Assembly: GCA_001304015.1 (NCBI GenBank)
Contig: LJUY01000008.1
Coordinates: forward strand, 7,221-71,220
Reading direction: 5' to 3'
DNA from: a candidate division Zixibacteria bacterium SM23_81
Lineage (GTDB): Bacteria > SM23-81
DNA: 64,000 nucleotides
The notes under the pieces were generated by a model. That model did no database searches and had not been told where the DNA came from. It worked only from the letters and a program-made list of their open reading frames with translations. Shown piece by piece: positions 49,463-59,455 of the stretch; position 1 is the first letter of the stretch; each line of letters opens with the position of its first letter. A program made the translations under genes and the position numbers.

Positions 49463-50880
49463 AATTCAAAGGGCACCTTGGATATGGTAAACCGGAATTT
49501 CCCAGTAGAGGTTCGAGGTATTTGATCCACTCTTTTAATCTCGATGTGCATCTGCGAACCCAATTTTTCCCTGAGTCCTCTCAAGAGAAGCGCTCCATCA
49601 TCATCAGAGAAGCTGTCTTCGGCTACGATCTTTACCGTGACCCTGTCCACATTTTCTTGGATGATTTGCGATTCATGGATGTGCGAGAGAGGTTTGAAGG
49701 CATAGGTGAGGTTAGAGGCCGAGATGAACCGGCCGTCTTCCGTGGTGATGATATCTTCAACTTTGGTTTGAACCGGCTCTATCAGCACAAGTCCCCTGCC
49801 GCAGGGGCATGTTTCTGCTCTATATTCGCTGACATCGCCCGTTTTATATCGGAGAAGAGGCATCGCGTAATTCACTAGGGAAGTTCCCACAATCTCGCCC
49901 TTTGAGCCATCGGTATGCCTTCCCCCTTCAGAGATAATTTCCACGATGGTGTCCTCCATGGTCACGTGGAGGCCATCGTGGCGTTCGCACTCCCCGGCCG
50001 AGGCGACTTTCTCTGTCAACCCATAATAGTCGGAGACTCGGCATTGAAGAGCCTCTTCGATAACCTGGCGTTGATTGAAATACAGTGGTTCGGCACCGGT
50101 GAAAATAGCCGCCATGGGCAGCCGTTCACCAGTACTTCTCAGGAATTTCGCCAGGATGAAGATGGTCGACGGGTAACCATCGATGACACGAACTTTCTGT
50201 GCTTTCAGTTTTTCCACATAGACAGACAGGTTTGGCCTGGTCATGTGATACGTGGAGAAGTGAATTTGTTTGCCGGGAAAATTGTATCGCCAAAAAGGCG
50301 GTTTCTTCTGCTCAAAAGGAACGATAGGGTGACCACCGAATGTGGCCCTCCAGCTCTTCGCTCTCCATGTCGTGCGCAGATCATATCCGCCCCAGGTCCG
50401 ATGTCTCCAAATCCAGGCCCACTCCGCCAAAAGCACCGAGTGGTTAAGAGCCAGTTTCAAGGGGGAACCCGTTGTGCCGCTTGTGGCCTGGTGTAGCACT
50501 TTCTTCTTGGGAAAGGCCGGAGCGCAGAGCAGGTCTCTATGGGACTTAACCTGTTCTTTGGATAACAGGGGTATCTTGGGCAGATCTGAGAGATCACGTA
50601 TCTGGCCAGGCCTGAGCCCGTGTCTATCGAAAAGTCGCCGATAAAAAGGGATTTCTTCATAGGCGTATTTTACCAGCTTTCGGAGCTTTTGAGACTGGAT
50701 CTTTTTCAAAGAAGCGGTGTCCAGCCATTGTGTTTCCAAAAGATCGGCCAGTCTGGTTTTGAGATCAGCCCGGCGCTCCAGGAAGCATCTTCTCAGGCCG
50801 AAGGTGGAGCTAAAAAGGTTCTGAATAGGAACGGAACTTTTCTCGTAGACGGAGAGGATGTATTTTCTGGCTATGGCCAT
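49459..50880 (-). CDS. phenylacetate-CoA ligase (PaaK)/F390-synthetase-like adenylate-forming enzyme (CapK-like)
   Basis: 473 aa with the AMP-binding motif QATSGTTGSPLKL and PaaK-like length. Confidence 0.65.
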   Translation of the reverse strand: MAIARKYILSVYEKSSVPIQNLFSSTFGLRRCFLERRADLKTRLADLLETQWLDTASLKKIQSQKLRKLVKYAYEEIPFYRRLFDRHGLRPGQIRDLSDLPKIPLLSKEQVKSHRDLLCAPAFPKKKVLHQATSGTTGSPLKLALNHSVLLAEWAWIWRHRTWGGYDLRTTWRAKSWRATFGGHPIVPFEQKKPPFWRYNFPGKQIHFSTYHMTRPNLSVYVEKLKAQKVRVIDGYPSTIFILAKFLRSTGERLPMAAIFTGAEPLYFNQRQVIEEALQCRVSDYYGLTEKVASAGECERHDGLHVTMEDTIVEIISEGGRHTDGSKGEIVGTSLVNYAMPLLRYKTGDVSEYRAETCPCGRGLVLIEPVQTKVEDIITTEDGRFISASNLTYAFKPLSHIHESQIIQENVDRVTVKIVAEDSFSDDDGALLLRGLREKLGSQMHIEIKRVDQIPRTSTGKFRFTISKVPFEL

Positions 50881-50907
50881 GGCAAATTCTCAGATCGAGG
50901 CGAAAGC

Positions 50908-52050
50908 TTATCTTCTAGCATTGACAACCTTGGACCATAAAAATCTGGAGATGAGCTTTACGTATCTCCATTTGAAGTTTCGAAATCCCCTCAGCAGGCA
51001 ACTCAAACCCTCTTTGTGCAAGAGGACCCAGTAGGTTCTCAGTTCCCTCCGCAGGATCCCCTCCACGCCCTCTCGGTAGAAAAAATCCCCGGCCTGATTT
51101 TGGGCGATGATTTTGGAAAGCTCTTTGATTCTGTCTAAAATTTCTTCTTTGACCTCTCCCTGGGCGGGGACAACATGGAGGTCCTCTGTGATCTGCGTGG
51201 GGACGATATCGTAATCAAAGACGTGATTCTTGCCTAAGCGGGCGCGCAAAAAAATTCCTTGGTGTCGTTTATCCCAGGACTGCTGTGACACGATATGCCC
51301 AGCTCTATTATCGAAGATGAAGTTTCCCAGGCTGTAGGCAATCAATCCTCCGTTGCGCTCCTCGATGCCCTGTATAACGTGAGGATGATGGCCCAAGATG
51401 ATGTCGGCACCAGCATCCATAAGTCTATGAGCTATTTTGATATCTTGGGGATATGGATGATCCGATAGCTCCAATCCCCAATGAAGGGATACCACCAAAA
51501 TGTCCACCTCTTCCCTGAGGGCGACGATATCTTTCACTATTTCCTGTGGGTCAAGCAGAGCCGAACCTGGTGTATTTCCGGTACTGCTGTATTCGCCTTT
51601 TTTGCAATAGCCCAGAAATCCAGCGCGCAGGTCTTTTGTCCTGATAATGGCGGGTTTTCGAGCCTCCCTTTCATTGCGGCCAGCGCCCACCGTTTCGATG
51701 CCCCGTTCACTTAACAGCGTCAAGGTCAGTTCAATGGCCTCTGGTCCCCAATCTAGGACGTGGTTGGTGGCCAAGTTCACCACCTTCAAACGGAGAGCTT
51801 CAACTGCCTGGACGCAGGAGGGAGGAACGCGGTAACTGGGGTGTACCCCACCGAGGTACGGTTCATTGCTATTTGAAAATGGCATTTCCAGGTTTCCAAA
51901 AATCAATGCTGAAGGTTCTGTATACCCTCGCATGCCGTCGAGGAGCTGACGGGCACCGGCTTTTTCTATGGCCGATGCCACGCGACCGCCCAACATGATA
52001 TCACCGAGGGCGATAAAAGGGACAGTTGATCTTTCCTGCGGAATTCTCAT
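50908..52050 (-). CDS. CapA/PgsA family metallophosphatase-fold protein
   Basis: The N-terminus …FIALGDIMLGGRV… and the metallophosphatase motifs …LGNLEMPF…, …DIILGHHPH… match CapA. Confidence 0.7.
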   Translation of the reverse strand: MRIPQERSTVPFIALGDIMLGGRVASAIEKAGARQLLDGMRGYTEPSALIFGNLEMPFSNSNEPYLGGVHPSYRVPPSCVQAVEALRLKVVNLATNHVLDWGPEAIELTLTLLSERGIETVGAGRNEREARKPAIIRTKDLRAGFLGYCKKGEYSSTGNTPGSALLDPQEIVKDIVALREEVDILVVSLHWGLELSDHPYPQDIKIAHRLMDAGADIILGHHPHVIQGIEERNGGLIAYSLGNFIFDNRAGHIVSQQSWDKRHQGIFLRARLGKNHVFDYDIVPTQITEDLHVVPAQGEVKEEILDRIKELSKIIAQNQAGDFFYREGVEGILRRELRTYWVLLHKEGLSCLLRGFRNFKWRYVKLISRFLWSKVVNARR

Positions 52051-52160
52051 CTGCTTCGCAAAGGGTTGAAGAATTTTAGTGGGACGAGAGTCTCGTTTCA
52101 GTAAAGTAGGTGCTCGCTCTTCTACAGGTTAATTTAATGAATTTGAGTAAACGGCCTTCG

Positions 52161-53336
52161 TTAAACCTCGTGCAAAAGGGCCTCAAATATGCTCCGTAGC
52201 TTTTGCGCGCTCTGTTCTATGGTAAAGTGTTGTTTAACTCTTTTCCGCCCTGCTGTGCCCATTGATATTCGCAGATTTGGGTTTTCTATCAATCGGATAA
52301 TAGCATGTGCTATTTGCCCAGGCCGTTTTTTTTCAACCAAAACGCCTGTTTTACCATCTAGCACTACTTCAGGTATAGCACCGGTGTCTTTTGTTGATAT
52401 GACCGGGCAACTGGCCGCCATCGCCTCTAAGATAGCCATTGGGAAACTATCTATCCATGAGGGAAATGTGAAGATATCGGTCTTCAGCAAAAAATCTTCT
52501 TTATCTTTCCCCTCAACTTTTCCAAGGAACTTGACGGAGCTCTCAAGCTTATGCTCCGCAATAAAATGCAGTGCTTCTGCTTGTGTCTCCGGTTCCCGTA
52601 CTCGCCATTCTCCGGCAAAAAGAAATTGTGCCTGAGGATGTTTCTCTCGTACTATGGGAATGGCATAGAGAAGGTCGAGAACGCCCTTCGCTCGACAGAG
52701 ACGGCCTAAAAATGACACCTGGATCGTTTCAGGAACCGCTTGCCGGGAACTTCCTCTTAACGCGGGATTGAGAATTGTCCCATTATATACTACTTCGACA
52801 GAGTTGACATCTGATGCGAAAATATGTTTCAAACGTTCGCCCAGCACGATCAATATGTCTGTTCTTCTCAAGGTAACTGGTATCAGCCACCGCATGAAGC
52901 TATTCGTTTTCTCGCGAAAACTGATAAACGTTTCACTTCCATGATAATGAACGATGATTTTCGCTTTTGAGAACAGCTTGGCTATCCATATAAAACAAGC
53001 GTCTCGGAAAAATCCAAGGTTGTTCTGCGATAAAGGCAGATAGACAACTTTCAAATTTTTCAATAAGCAGTAGATGAAAAGACGGCCAATTCGTTTCACA
53101 GCAAGGGAGACATTTACGAAATCCAAAACCCCAAAGTTATCGAGGCCCCTTCTGTCGGAAGTGTCCAGATGAATGACATTGAAGTCTTTGACGAAGGAAG
53201 ATCCAAGAATAGCTTGCGTGCTCACAGCAACACCATGATGTGGCGGAGGTACAGGTCCGATGAGTAGGATATAACCAGCTGAAAATTTCATATTACATCC
53301 TTGAGCCGGGAGCCACATTTCACATATCCGCTCCAC
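52161..53336 (-). CDS. GT4 family glycosyltransferase
   Basis: 391 aa with a C-terminal EX7E-type GT4 motif region (…FTFPSWIDSFPMAILEAMAASCPVISTKDTGAIPEVV). Confidence 0.7.
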   Translation of the reverse strand: MERICEMWLPAQGCNMKFSAGYILLIGPVPPPHHGVAVSTQAILGSSFVKDFNVIHLDTSDRRGLDNFGVLDFVNVSLAVKRIGRLFIYCLLKNLKVVYLPLSQNNLGFFRDACFIWIAKLFSKAKIIVHYHGSETFISFREKTNSFMRWLIPVTLRRTDILIVLGERLKHIFASDVNSVEVVYNGTILNPALRGSSRQAVPETIQVSFLGRLCRAKGVLDLLYAIPIVREKHPQAQFLFAGEWRVREPETQAEALHFIAEHKLESSVKFLGKVEGKDKEDFLLKTDIFTFPSWIDSFPMAILEAMAASCPVISTKDTGAIPEVVLDGKTGVLVEKKRPGQIAHAIIRLIENPNLRISMGTAGRKRVKQHFTIEQSAQKLRSIFEALLHEV

Positions 53337-53438
53337 TGACTATGAGCTTACCCTCTCGTGTACATCATCAAGGTCGTCTCCTCGTTAGATTGAGGAGTTT
53401 CATCGCTTGCGTCACGAGGACCTGCCCCATGATCATGT

Positions 53439-54944
53439 TTACCTTCTTGTTTTTAATTTGGCCATTAAGGTCCTTAATACGAGTTTTTCCTCCTCCGGCA
53501 ATTTGAGAAGGACTATCATCACGGTATAAGCGACAAAATGCATCAGGATCCCCGCGACAAGCATGAGTGAAGAAGGAGTTTGTGCGTTTCTCAGGAATAA
53601 AACGTATGTGCAAACGGCTGCTAATGTTCCGGCTAGGAGAGGCTTCAGAAAACTCCATTGATAGGGGTGGACTTTTAGAATGTAGTGGACTTCGACGAGT
53701 CGCAGAAGATTGATGATCGCCATGGAGCTTGCCGCGGCGATTGCGGCGCCCATAATACCGAATTTCGGGATCAGGATAACATTCAAGCCGACATTCAAAA
53801 GAGCAAGGGCCAGAGAGTTGACTAAATTAAACTTAGGATGACCGGTCATCATGATCATAAAATTCACAGGACCAGTGGCCGCATTGACCAGCTGCCCCCC
53901 GGTCAGGATGACAAGGGCCTTACTTCCCTCGGTGAACTCAGCGCCAAAAAGTCTCAGCAGAGGGGCCGGAAACAGCAATACTAAGAGGCACAGGGGGAAA
54001 ACGAGAGAAAAGATCCATCTGGTGGCCACCTTGAAATTCCTGCGCAGGCTGATGAGATCTCCTCGGCCGTAGTATTCGGCGATCATAGGTGCGAAGATGG
54101 CGTTCACGGAAGCGAGCGGAATCGCTAGGAGCAAAGCCACCCGAACCGCCGCGTTGTATATCCCGACCTGTTGAGACATGAGAAAAATACCGATCATTAT
54201 GATATCCACTCTTCTCATAATAAAATTCAAGGCGTCCACCAGAAAAAGAGGCGCAGAAAAACCAAGGAGCTCTCTCCGGTCGGGAGCCGCCTGGGTCTTT
54301 TCCCATTGTATTGGCAGAAGTCTTCTTAGGAAATAGAGACCCAAGCCCGCGGCCAACAAAGTGCTGGCCAATTCCGAGAACACCAGGGAGTACAATTTTA
54401 AGCCAACGAGAAAAAGAAGAGATAAGAGCGCCAGGCATATTACCGGTCGAACGATTTTCCCCACCAGGACCGTGTATTTCAAGGCTCGGAACGCCCGAAC
54501 TCCGCTCAGCCACAGCTTGCTAAAGGCCAGCCATGGGATCGAGAAAGCAAAAACCTTCAGCACAGCGGTCATACCGGGAGTATGAAAGGCATTCACGGCA
54601 ATGTAATCCGCACACAGGTAAAGAAGAGCCGCAGTGCCAAAGCTGAAGAGGGCGGTGAGTTGCGTACTGGCTCGCAAGGTTCCTTTGGCGCGGCCCCAAT
54701 TCTCCTTCCCTTTGTAAAAGGGAAGGAAGTGAAGCAATCCTTGATGAATGCCGAAATTGCCCAAGACGCCACCTACAATTGTTATGTTTTTGGCTAACAC
54801 AAAGGTGCCGTAGATGGAGGCGCCCACCGTTCTGGTCATGACGATGTTTGTGCCGAAGATCATCGCCGCAGAAAAAATATCGCCCAGGCCGCTGATCCCC
54901 GCATTACGGGCTATCGTTTTGATATCGGCTTGGTGTCCCTTGTC
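53439..54944 (-). CDS. Wzx-type oligosaccharide flippase (MOP superfamily)
   Basis: About 12-14 TM helices. The start used here is the internal Met at 54944, which avoids overlap with the upstream gene. Confidence 0.65.
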   Translation of the reverse strand, partial: DKGHQADIKTIARNAGISGLGDIFSAAMIFGTNIVMTRTVGASIYGTFVLAKNITIVGGVLGNFGIHQGLLHFLPFYKGKENWGRAKGTLRASTQLTALFSFGTAALLYLCADYIAVNAFHTPGMTAVLKVFAFSIPWLAFSKLWLSGVRAFRALKYTVLVGKIVRPVICLALLSLLFLVGLKLYSLVFSELASTLLAAGLGLYFLRRLLPIQWEKTQAAPDRRELLGFSAPLFLVDALNFIMRRVDIIMIGIFLMSQQVGIYNAAVRVALLLAIPLASVNAIFAPMIAEYYGRGDLISLRRNFKVATRWIFSLVFPLCLLVLLFPAPLLRLFGAEFTEGSKALVILTGGQLVNAATGPVNFMIMMTGHPKFNLVNSLALALLNVGLNVILIPKFGIMGAAIAAASSMAIINLLRLVEVHYILKVHPYQWSFLKPLLAGTLAAVCTYVLFLRNAQTPSSLMLVAGILMHFVAYTVMIVLLKLPEEEKLVLRTLMAKLKTRR

Positions 54945-55005
54945 CATAGACGGCTCGTTCCCTGATAGAGAGGAAATGCTCGCTTTCGATCCTTTCGGCC
55001 AGTTC

Positions 55006-56457
55006 CTACAGCAGGCCAGCACTATCTATTTCGGCCGTTTCCATAGGGAGATAAAAGACCTGGGCCACGTAAGGAGCCAGGTCTGGTGTGGCGTCGCTCT
55101 TGTCGAGGATAAGTCTGTCGATCTCCTCGACGCTGAAGCCGCCCCAGAAGTTATTGGTGGCGTCTATATCCAGGTCATTGGGCGCCTGCGGCCCTCCGGT
55201 GACGCGGATCAAGATGGTCTGCTCCTCAAAGTTGCTATACCGGATCGTCGGCTGCGCTCGACTACCACGGGGTGGTATGAATATATGAATTGCCCCCTGG
55301 GAGTTATCCGTAAAATTGCAGAGACGCAGCAGGGGCTTGGAATCTCCTCCACATGCCATGCCCCAATCGTTGTTCAGTAAAACATTGTTTCGGCATTGGG
55401 CATTCGAGTTATACACCAAGTACAGCCCATACTCGTTCGCCATACACAGGTTGTTTTTCAAGAGAGGAGAGCTTTGCTGGCACCCAATTCCTAACTCCTG
55501 GTTCTCGAAGGCGATGTTGTTCTCAATGGTGCCGTTCCCAACATCCTCCAACCAGAGGCCCTTGTTGCTGTTTATTATAAGATTGTTCTTCACCTCAACC
55601 GGCATAGTGAATGTGGAGAAGATCAAGATGCCGTTCTCCGTGCTGTTCCTGACCACATTGTGGCTGAGGCTAAGGGGAACGGCTTTCCCATATATCCCGC
55701 TTGTGGCGTATTCAATTTTGCACCAGCACATCTCGCTCCCTTGGCCTGAAGAGGAGAACTCGATTCTTTTCCAGTCATCTTTGGATGGAACCTGTTTCTG
55801 AGATGTGAAGACGATCATGTCCTCCTCAGTTCCCACGGCTTCCATGCGGCCATTGATGAGCAGAGTGTAATAGCCGTCGAATTTGATATGGACTCCGGGT
55901 TCAATGGTCAGGGTGATATACGAGGGGACAGTCACATCGCCGATGACGAGGTAATGTCTGTGTGCCTCAAGGGCCGTATTGGCTATCAGAGTGCCGGACA
56001 ACTCTTTTTCTTCCAAGAGATTTATTTCGGGGATAGCGGTTTCGCTGCTGGCCTTAACGGTGACATCACATCTTTTTTGATGACCGAATCCATCCTTTTC
56101 CGCGACGAGGACAAATCTCCCTATGGGGAGATTCTTAAGGGAGTACGAGCCATTCGCAGCGGTGTTGGCGGTGGCAATGAGATCGGCCAGCCTGTGGTCG
56201 AAAATGACTTTCTGGTTGAGGGTTATGCCAATATTGGGATGAAGACTCTGGAGGTCAGCCAGATCTGGGTCAATTTCTGCAGGAGCATAAAGCTTCACGG
56301 TCACCCCCGCGTTGTCAGTCTGGTTCTCCAGGACCACCGTACCAGTGACTGTGCCTGTGGATGGAGAGGAAGGATTTGAACAGTGACAAAGAACCAATAT
56401 GGCGCTTGCCAGCACAGTCACCATTGTCACAGCGCATCGATCAGACCTCATCTTCAC
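55006..56457 (-). CDS. lipoprotein with carboxypeptidase-regulatory-like N-domain and right-handed parallel beta-helix repeats
   Basis: Signal and lipobox VLASAILVLCHCS, then GTVTGTVV…NGSYSLKNLPIGRFVLVAEKDGF, then repeated NNxI/G-rich beta-helix turns (NNLIINSNKGLWLEDVGNGTIENNIAFEN…). Confidence 0.55.
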   Translation of the reverse strand: MKMRSDRCAVTMVTVLASAILVLCHCSNPSSPSTGTVTGTVVLENQTDNAGVTVKLYAPAEIDPDLADLQSLHPNIGITLNQKVIFDHRLADLIATANTAANGSYSLKNLPIGRFVLVAEKDGFGHQKRCDVTVKASSETAIPEINLLEEKELSGTLIANTALEAHRHYLVIGDVTVPSYITLTIEPGVHIKFDGYYTLLINGRMEAVGTEEDMIVFTSQKQVPSKDDWKRIEFSSSGQGSEMCWCKIEYATSGIYGKAVPLSLSHNVVRNSTENGILIFSTFTMPVEVKNNLIINSNKGLWLEDVGNGTIENNIAFENQELGIGCQQSSPLLKNNLCMANEYGLYLVYNSNAQCRNNVLLNNDWGMACGGDSKPLLRLCNFTDNSQGAIHIFIPPRGSRAQPTIRYSNFEEQTILIRVTGGPQAPNDLDIDATNNFWGGFSVEEIDRLILDKSDATPDLAPYVAQVFYLPMETAEIDSAGLL

Positions 56458-56746
56458 GATCCTCTCACCGCCGTGATCACCAAGTAATCGTTGCCCAAAC
56501 AGAAACCAAAGCCAAATTTTGCACCCGCGATACCTATGGCCTGCCCAGAGAAGGCCTCATCCAGACGCCGCCAGAGATGAGAGGAGATCAGGCGGTTGAT
56601 CATCTCCTAACAAGGGTAATTAAAGATGCAAAGTCGATGGCCTCTGGGGCGAAAACCCACTCCCCGTAGCAGGCGCATCTTGCCCGATAACGTTTACACT
56701 TGGAGATGTTTGCGGAAATTTTACCTCCTCGTCTCATTTTCGTCAA

Positions 56747-57220
56747 CTAACGGGAGATGGCCGCATTGAAGCTAGAGCTCACTGGCACAGACAAAAAAAG
56801 GGTGCCTCCAGGCCGGAGGACCCGGGCGATCTCTTTCAGGGAGGCGTCTGGATCCATCAGGAGCTCCAACGTTTCCAAGGAGCAAACCGTATGGAAGGTC
56901 TCAGCAGAGAAGGGAAACCTCTCGGCGTCGCGTTTCGCCACCTGGCAGGACGCTAGGCTATGTCGGGCTGTCCTGAGCTTTTGGGTCGAGATGACAAGCC
57001 CAACGAACAGGGCGTAATTTAATCCCTCCAGCACCATTGATGAACCATAACCGTCCCCGTAGCTCATATCCAAAACGCGGGTCTCGTTCGCGCCAAGATC
57101 GATGCGCCCCCGGATCAAGCTCCTGACCAACTCACATCTCCGCATCTGCTGGTAGCGCCGGAAGAGCTTGGTGTACATCCGCTCACTATCGACCTCCTGA
57201 GCGTGATAGTAGGCCAACAA
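56747..57220 (-). CDS. short class I SAM-dependent methyltransferase (Methyltransf_11-like)
   Basis: 157 aa with a degenerate motif I VLDMSYGDGYGS and a C-terminal motif RVLRPGGTLFLSVP. Its short length makes a truncated gene possible. Confidence 0.4.
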   Translation of the reverse strand: MLAYYHAQEVDSERMYTKLFRRYQQMRRCELVRSLIRGRIDLGANETRVLDMSYGDGYGSSMVLEGLNYALFVGLVISTQKLRTARHSLASCQVAKRDAERFPFSAETFHTVCSLETLELLMDPDASLKEIARVLRPGGTLFLSVPVSSSFNAAISR

Positions 57221-57268
57221 GTCCGTTTTTCCCGTTGTTCTAGCTCCATGTGGTCCTATCGAAAGACG

Positions 57269-58348
57269 TCACAGCTGATCGAGCAGGGCAATCATCTTCT
57301 CCGCGGCGTGCCCATCGCCGAAAGTTTCTGGCCGAGAGCCCCGAGGGGGATCCTTCCTAAGAGCTAGGCCGATGGCCCGGGGATCGGTCCCCACCAGGGA
57401 GTTCCACCCCCCTTGGAGAGTCTCCACCCACTCGGTCTCATCTCTTAGAGTAATGCAGGGGACGCCGAGGAAATAGGCTTCTTTCTGCACCCCACCCGAG
57501 TCGGTTAGGACCTTTCTGGCGTTTTTCTCCAAGATAAGCATGTCCAGATAGCTCACCGGGTCGATGAGATGCTGCAAAGGTTTTGCAGAGTGAAGCTTTT
57601 TTTCCAGTTTTTTCAACGCCTTGCGCGTGCGCGGATGTATCGGAAAGACGGCTGGGAGGTCCAGGTGTCCCAGTCCTTTCAGAATTTTCCTCAGGTTCTC
57701 GGGGTTATCGGTGTTGCTGGCACGATGGATCGTAACTAAATAATAACTTCCCGGTTGTATGCTCAGGCGAGCTGAGATAGTAGAGATCTTTTCAGACCTG
57801 TTCGCATTATATAAAAACGCGTCGTACATCACATCGCCGGTGTTGTGAGCCCCCTGAGTAATGCCCTCCTTTTTCAAGTTGTCCACAGCTGTCTTTGTGG
57901 GACAGAACAGCAGAGCAGAGAGTCGATCGGTCAACACTCTGTTGATCTCCTCGGGCATGTTTCGATTGAAACTCCTCAGCCCCGCCTCTACATGGACCAC
58001 GGGAATCCACAGTTTGGCAGCTGCCAGGGCGCCGGCCAGGGTCGTGTTAGTGTCTCCGTAAACCAATACCACCTGGGGATTCTCTTGGAGCAAGACCTCC
58101 TCGACTCGTTCGAGAATCTGGCCCGTTTGTTCCCCGTGGTTTCCCGAGCCCACGTTCAGATGAAAGTCTGGTTTGGGTATCTCCAACTGGTCGAAAAAGA
58201 TCTGGGATAAATCCCTGTCGTAATGCTGACCGGTATGGATCAGCACCTCGCGGTGTCTCTGTCGTAGCAATCGGCTTAACGGGGCACACTTGATGAACTG
58301 GGGACGAGCCCCCACGATGCTGGCGATTTTCAGTGGTGTCCCGGCCAC
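57269..58348 (-). CDS. UDP-N-acetylglucosamine 2-epimerase (non-hydrolysing), WecB/WbpI-like
   Basis: …IVGARPQFIKCAPL…HTGQHYDRDLSQIFF…. Confidence 0.8.
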   Translation of the reverse strand: MAGTPLKIASIVGARPQFIKCAPLSRLLRQRHREVLIHTGQHYDRDLSQIFFDQLEIPKPDFHLNVGSGNHGEQTGQILERVEEVLLQENPQVVLVYGDTNTTLAGALAAAKLWIPVVHVEAGLRSFNRNMPEEINRVLTDRLSALLFCPTKTAVDNLKKEGITQGAHNTGDVMYDAFLYNANRSEKISTISARLSIQPGSYYLVTIHRASNTDNPENLRKILKGLGHLDLPAVFPIHPRTRKALKKLEKKLHSAKPLQHLIDPVSYLDMLILEKNARKVLTDSGGVQKEAYFLGVPCITLRDETEWVETLQGGWNSLVGTDPRAIGLALRKDPPRGSRPETFGDGHAAEKMIALLDQL

Positions 58349-58351
58349 TGC

Positions 58352-59455
58352 TCATGCTCCGGTAACATCGATGATCCGGGCGACGACATATTCTTGCTGT
58401 TGAAGAGTCAGCTCCGGGTAGACGGGCAGGGAGATGCTCTCCTTGGCGGCTCGTTCTGACTCAGGGAAATCGCCCTCCCGGTAACCCAGGTTTCGGTAAC
58501 ACTCCTGTAGGTGAAGAGGCAGGGGATAATAGAGAGCCGTTCCCACGTTTTTTATCTTCAGATGTTGCTCCAGCCCCTCGCGATTTTTAACCCGGATGGT
58601 ATATTGATTGTAGATATGTCGATTATACTCCTGGGCATGGGGGGTGCTCACGGGCAGGTCCTTCAGCATGTCATCATAAATGCGAGCGTGCTCCCGCCGC
58701 TTATCGGTCCACTCATCGAGATATTTGAGCTTTACTCCTAAGGCCGCAGCCTGAAGGGCGTCCAAACGGCTGTTGTAACCTACGATGGAGTGGAAGTACT
58801 TGGGTTTACTGCCATGAACGCGCAGGATACGAACTAGCTCGGCCAGCTCGGGGTCGTTGGTGACCACCATACCACCATCTCCCAGACCGCCCAGGTTTTT
58901 GCTGGGGAAGAAGCTGAAACATCCCAGATGTCCAATACTACCTGATTTGCGACCTCGGTACTCCGCCCCAATAGCCTGGGCGGCGTCCTCCACAACCTTC
59001 AAGTTGTGTTCCTCGGCCAGGGACAGGATAGGGTCCATCTCGGCACACTGCCCAAATAGGTGGACCGGCATGATGGCTTTGGTTTGGGAAGTGATCTTCT
59101 CGGAAATGAGGTCTGGATTGATATTGAACGTGATGGGATCGATATCCACGAATACGGGGGTGGCTCCCAGGCGGGAAATTACCCCTGCTGTGGCGAAAAA
59201 GCTGTAAGGGACGGTAATCACCTCGTCTCCGGGGCCGACTCCACAGGCTCGCAGGGAAAGCAGGAGTGCATCTGTCCCGGAGGCGACTCCGATAGCGTAT
59301 TTGGTATCGGTATAGACAGCCACTTTTTCCTCGAAATCCCGAACGTAAGGCCCTAGAATGAAACTGCAGCTTTCCATGACCTCGTCCACGGCTGCCTTAA
59401 GCTCTTCTTTGATCGTAGCAAACTGGGCTTTCAGGTCCAGAAGGGGAACGTTCAT
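58352..59455 (-). CDS. DegT/DnrJ/EryC1/StrS family PLP aminotransferase, WbpE-like
   Basis: The start used is MNVPLLDLKAQF at 59455. The upstream part of the track ORF overlaps the epimerase. Confidence 0.85.
   Translation of the reverse strand: MNVPLLDLKAQFATIKEELKAAVDEVMESCSFILGPYVRDFEEKVAVYTDTKYAIGVASGTDALLLSLRACGVGPGDEVITVPYSFFATAGVISRLGATPVFVDIDPITFNINPDLISEKITSQTKAIMPVHLFGQCAEMDPILSLAEEHNLKVVEDAAQAIGAEYRGRKSGSIGHLGCFSFFPSKNLGGLGDGGMVVTNDPELAELVRILRVHGSKPKYFHSIVGYNSRLDALQAAALGVKLKYLDEWTDKRREHARIYDDMLKDLPVSTPHAQEYNRHIYNQYTIRVKNREGLEQHLKIKNVGTALYYPLPLHLQECYRNLGYREGDFPESERAAKESISLPVYPELTLQQQEYVVARIIDVTGA

Noticed and set aside
53368-53658. A 96-aa minus-strand ORF at the 3' end of the Wzx flippase region.
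   Set aside because: It overlaps the flippase gene in another frame, has no motif, and begins within a 31-bp gap where no separate gene is expected.
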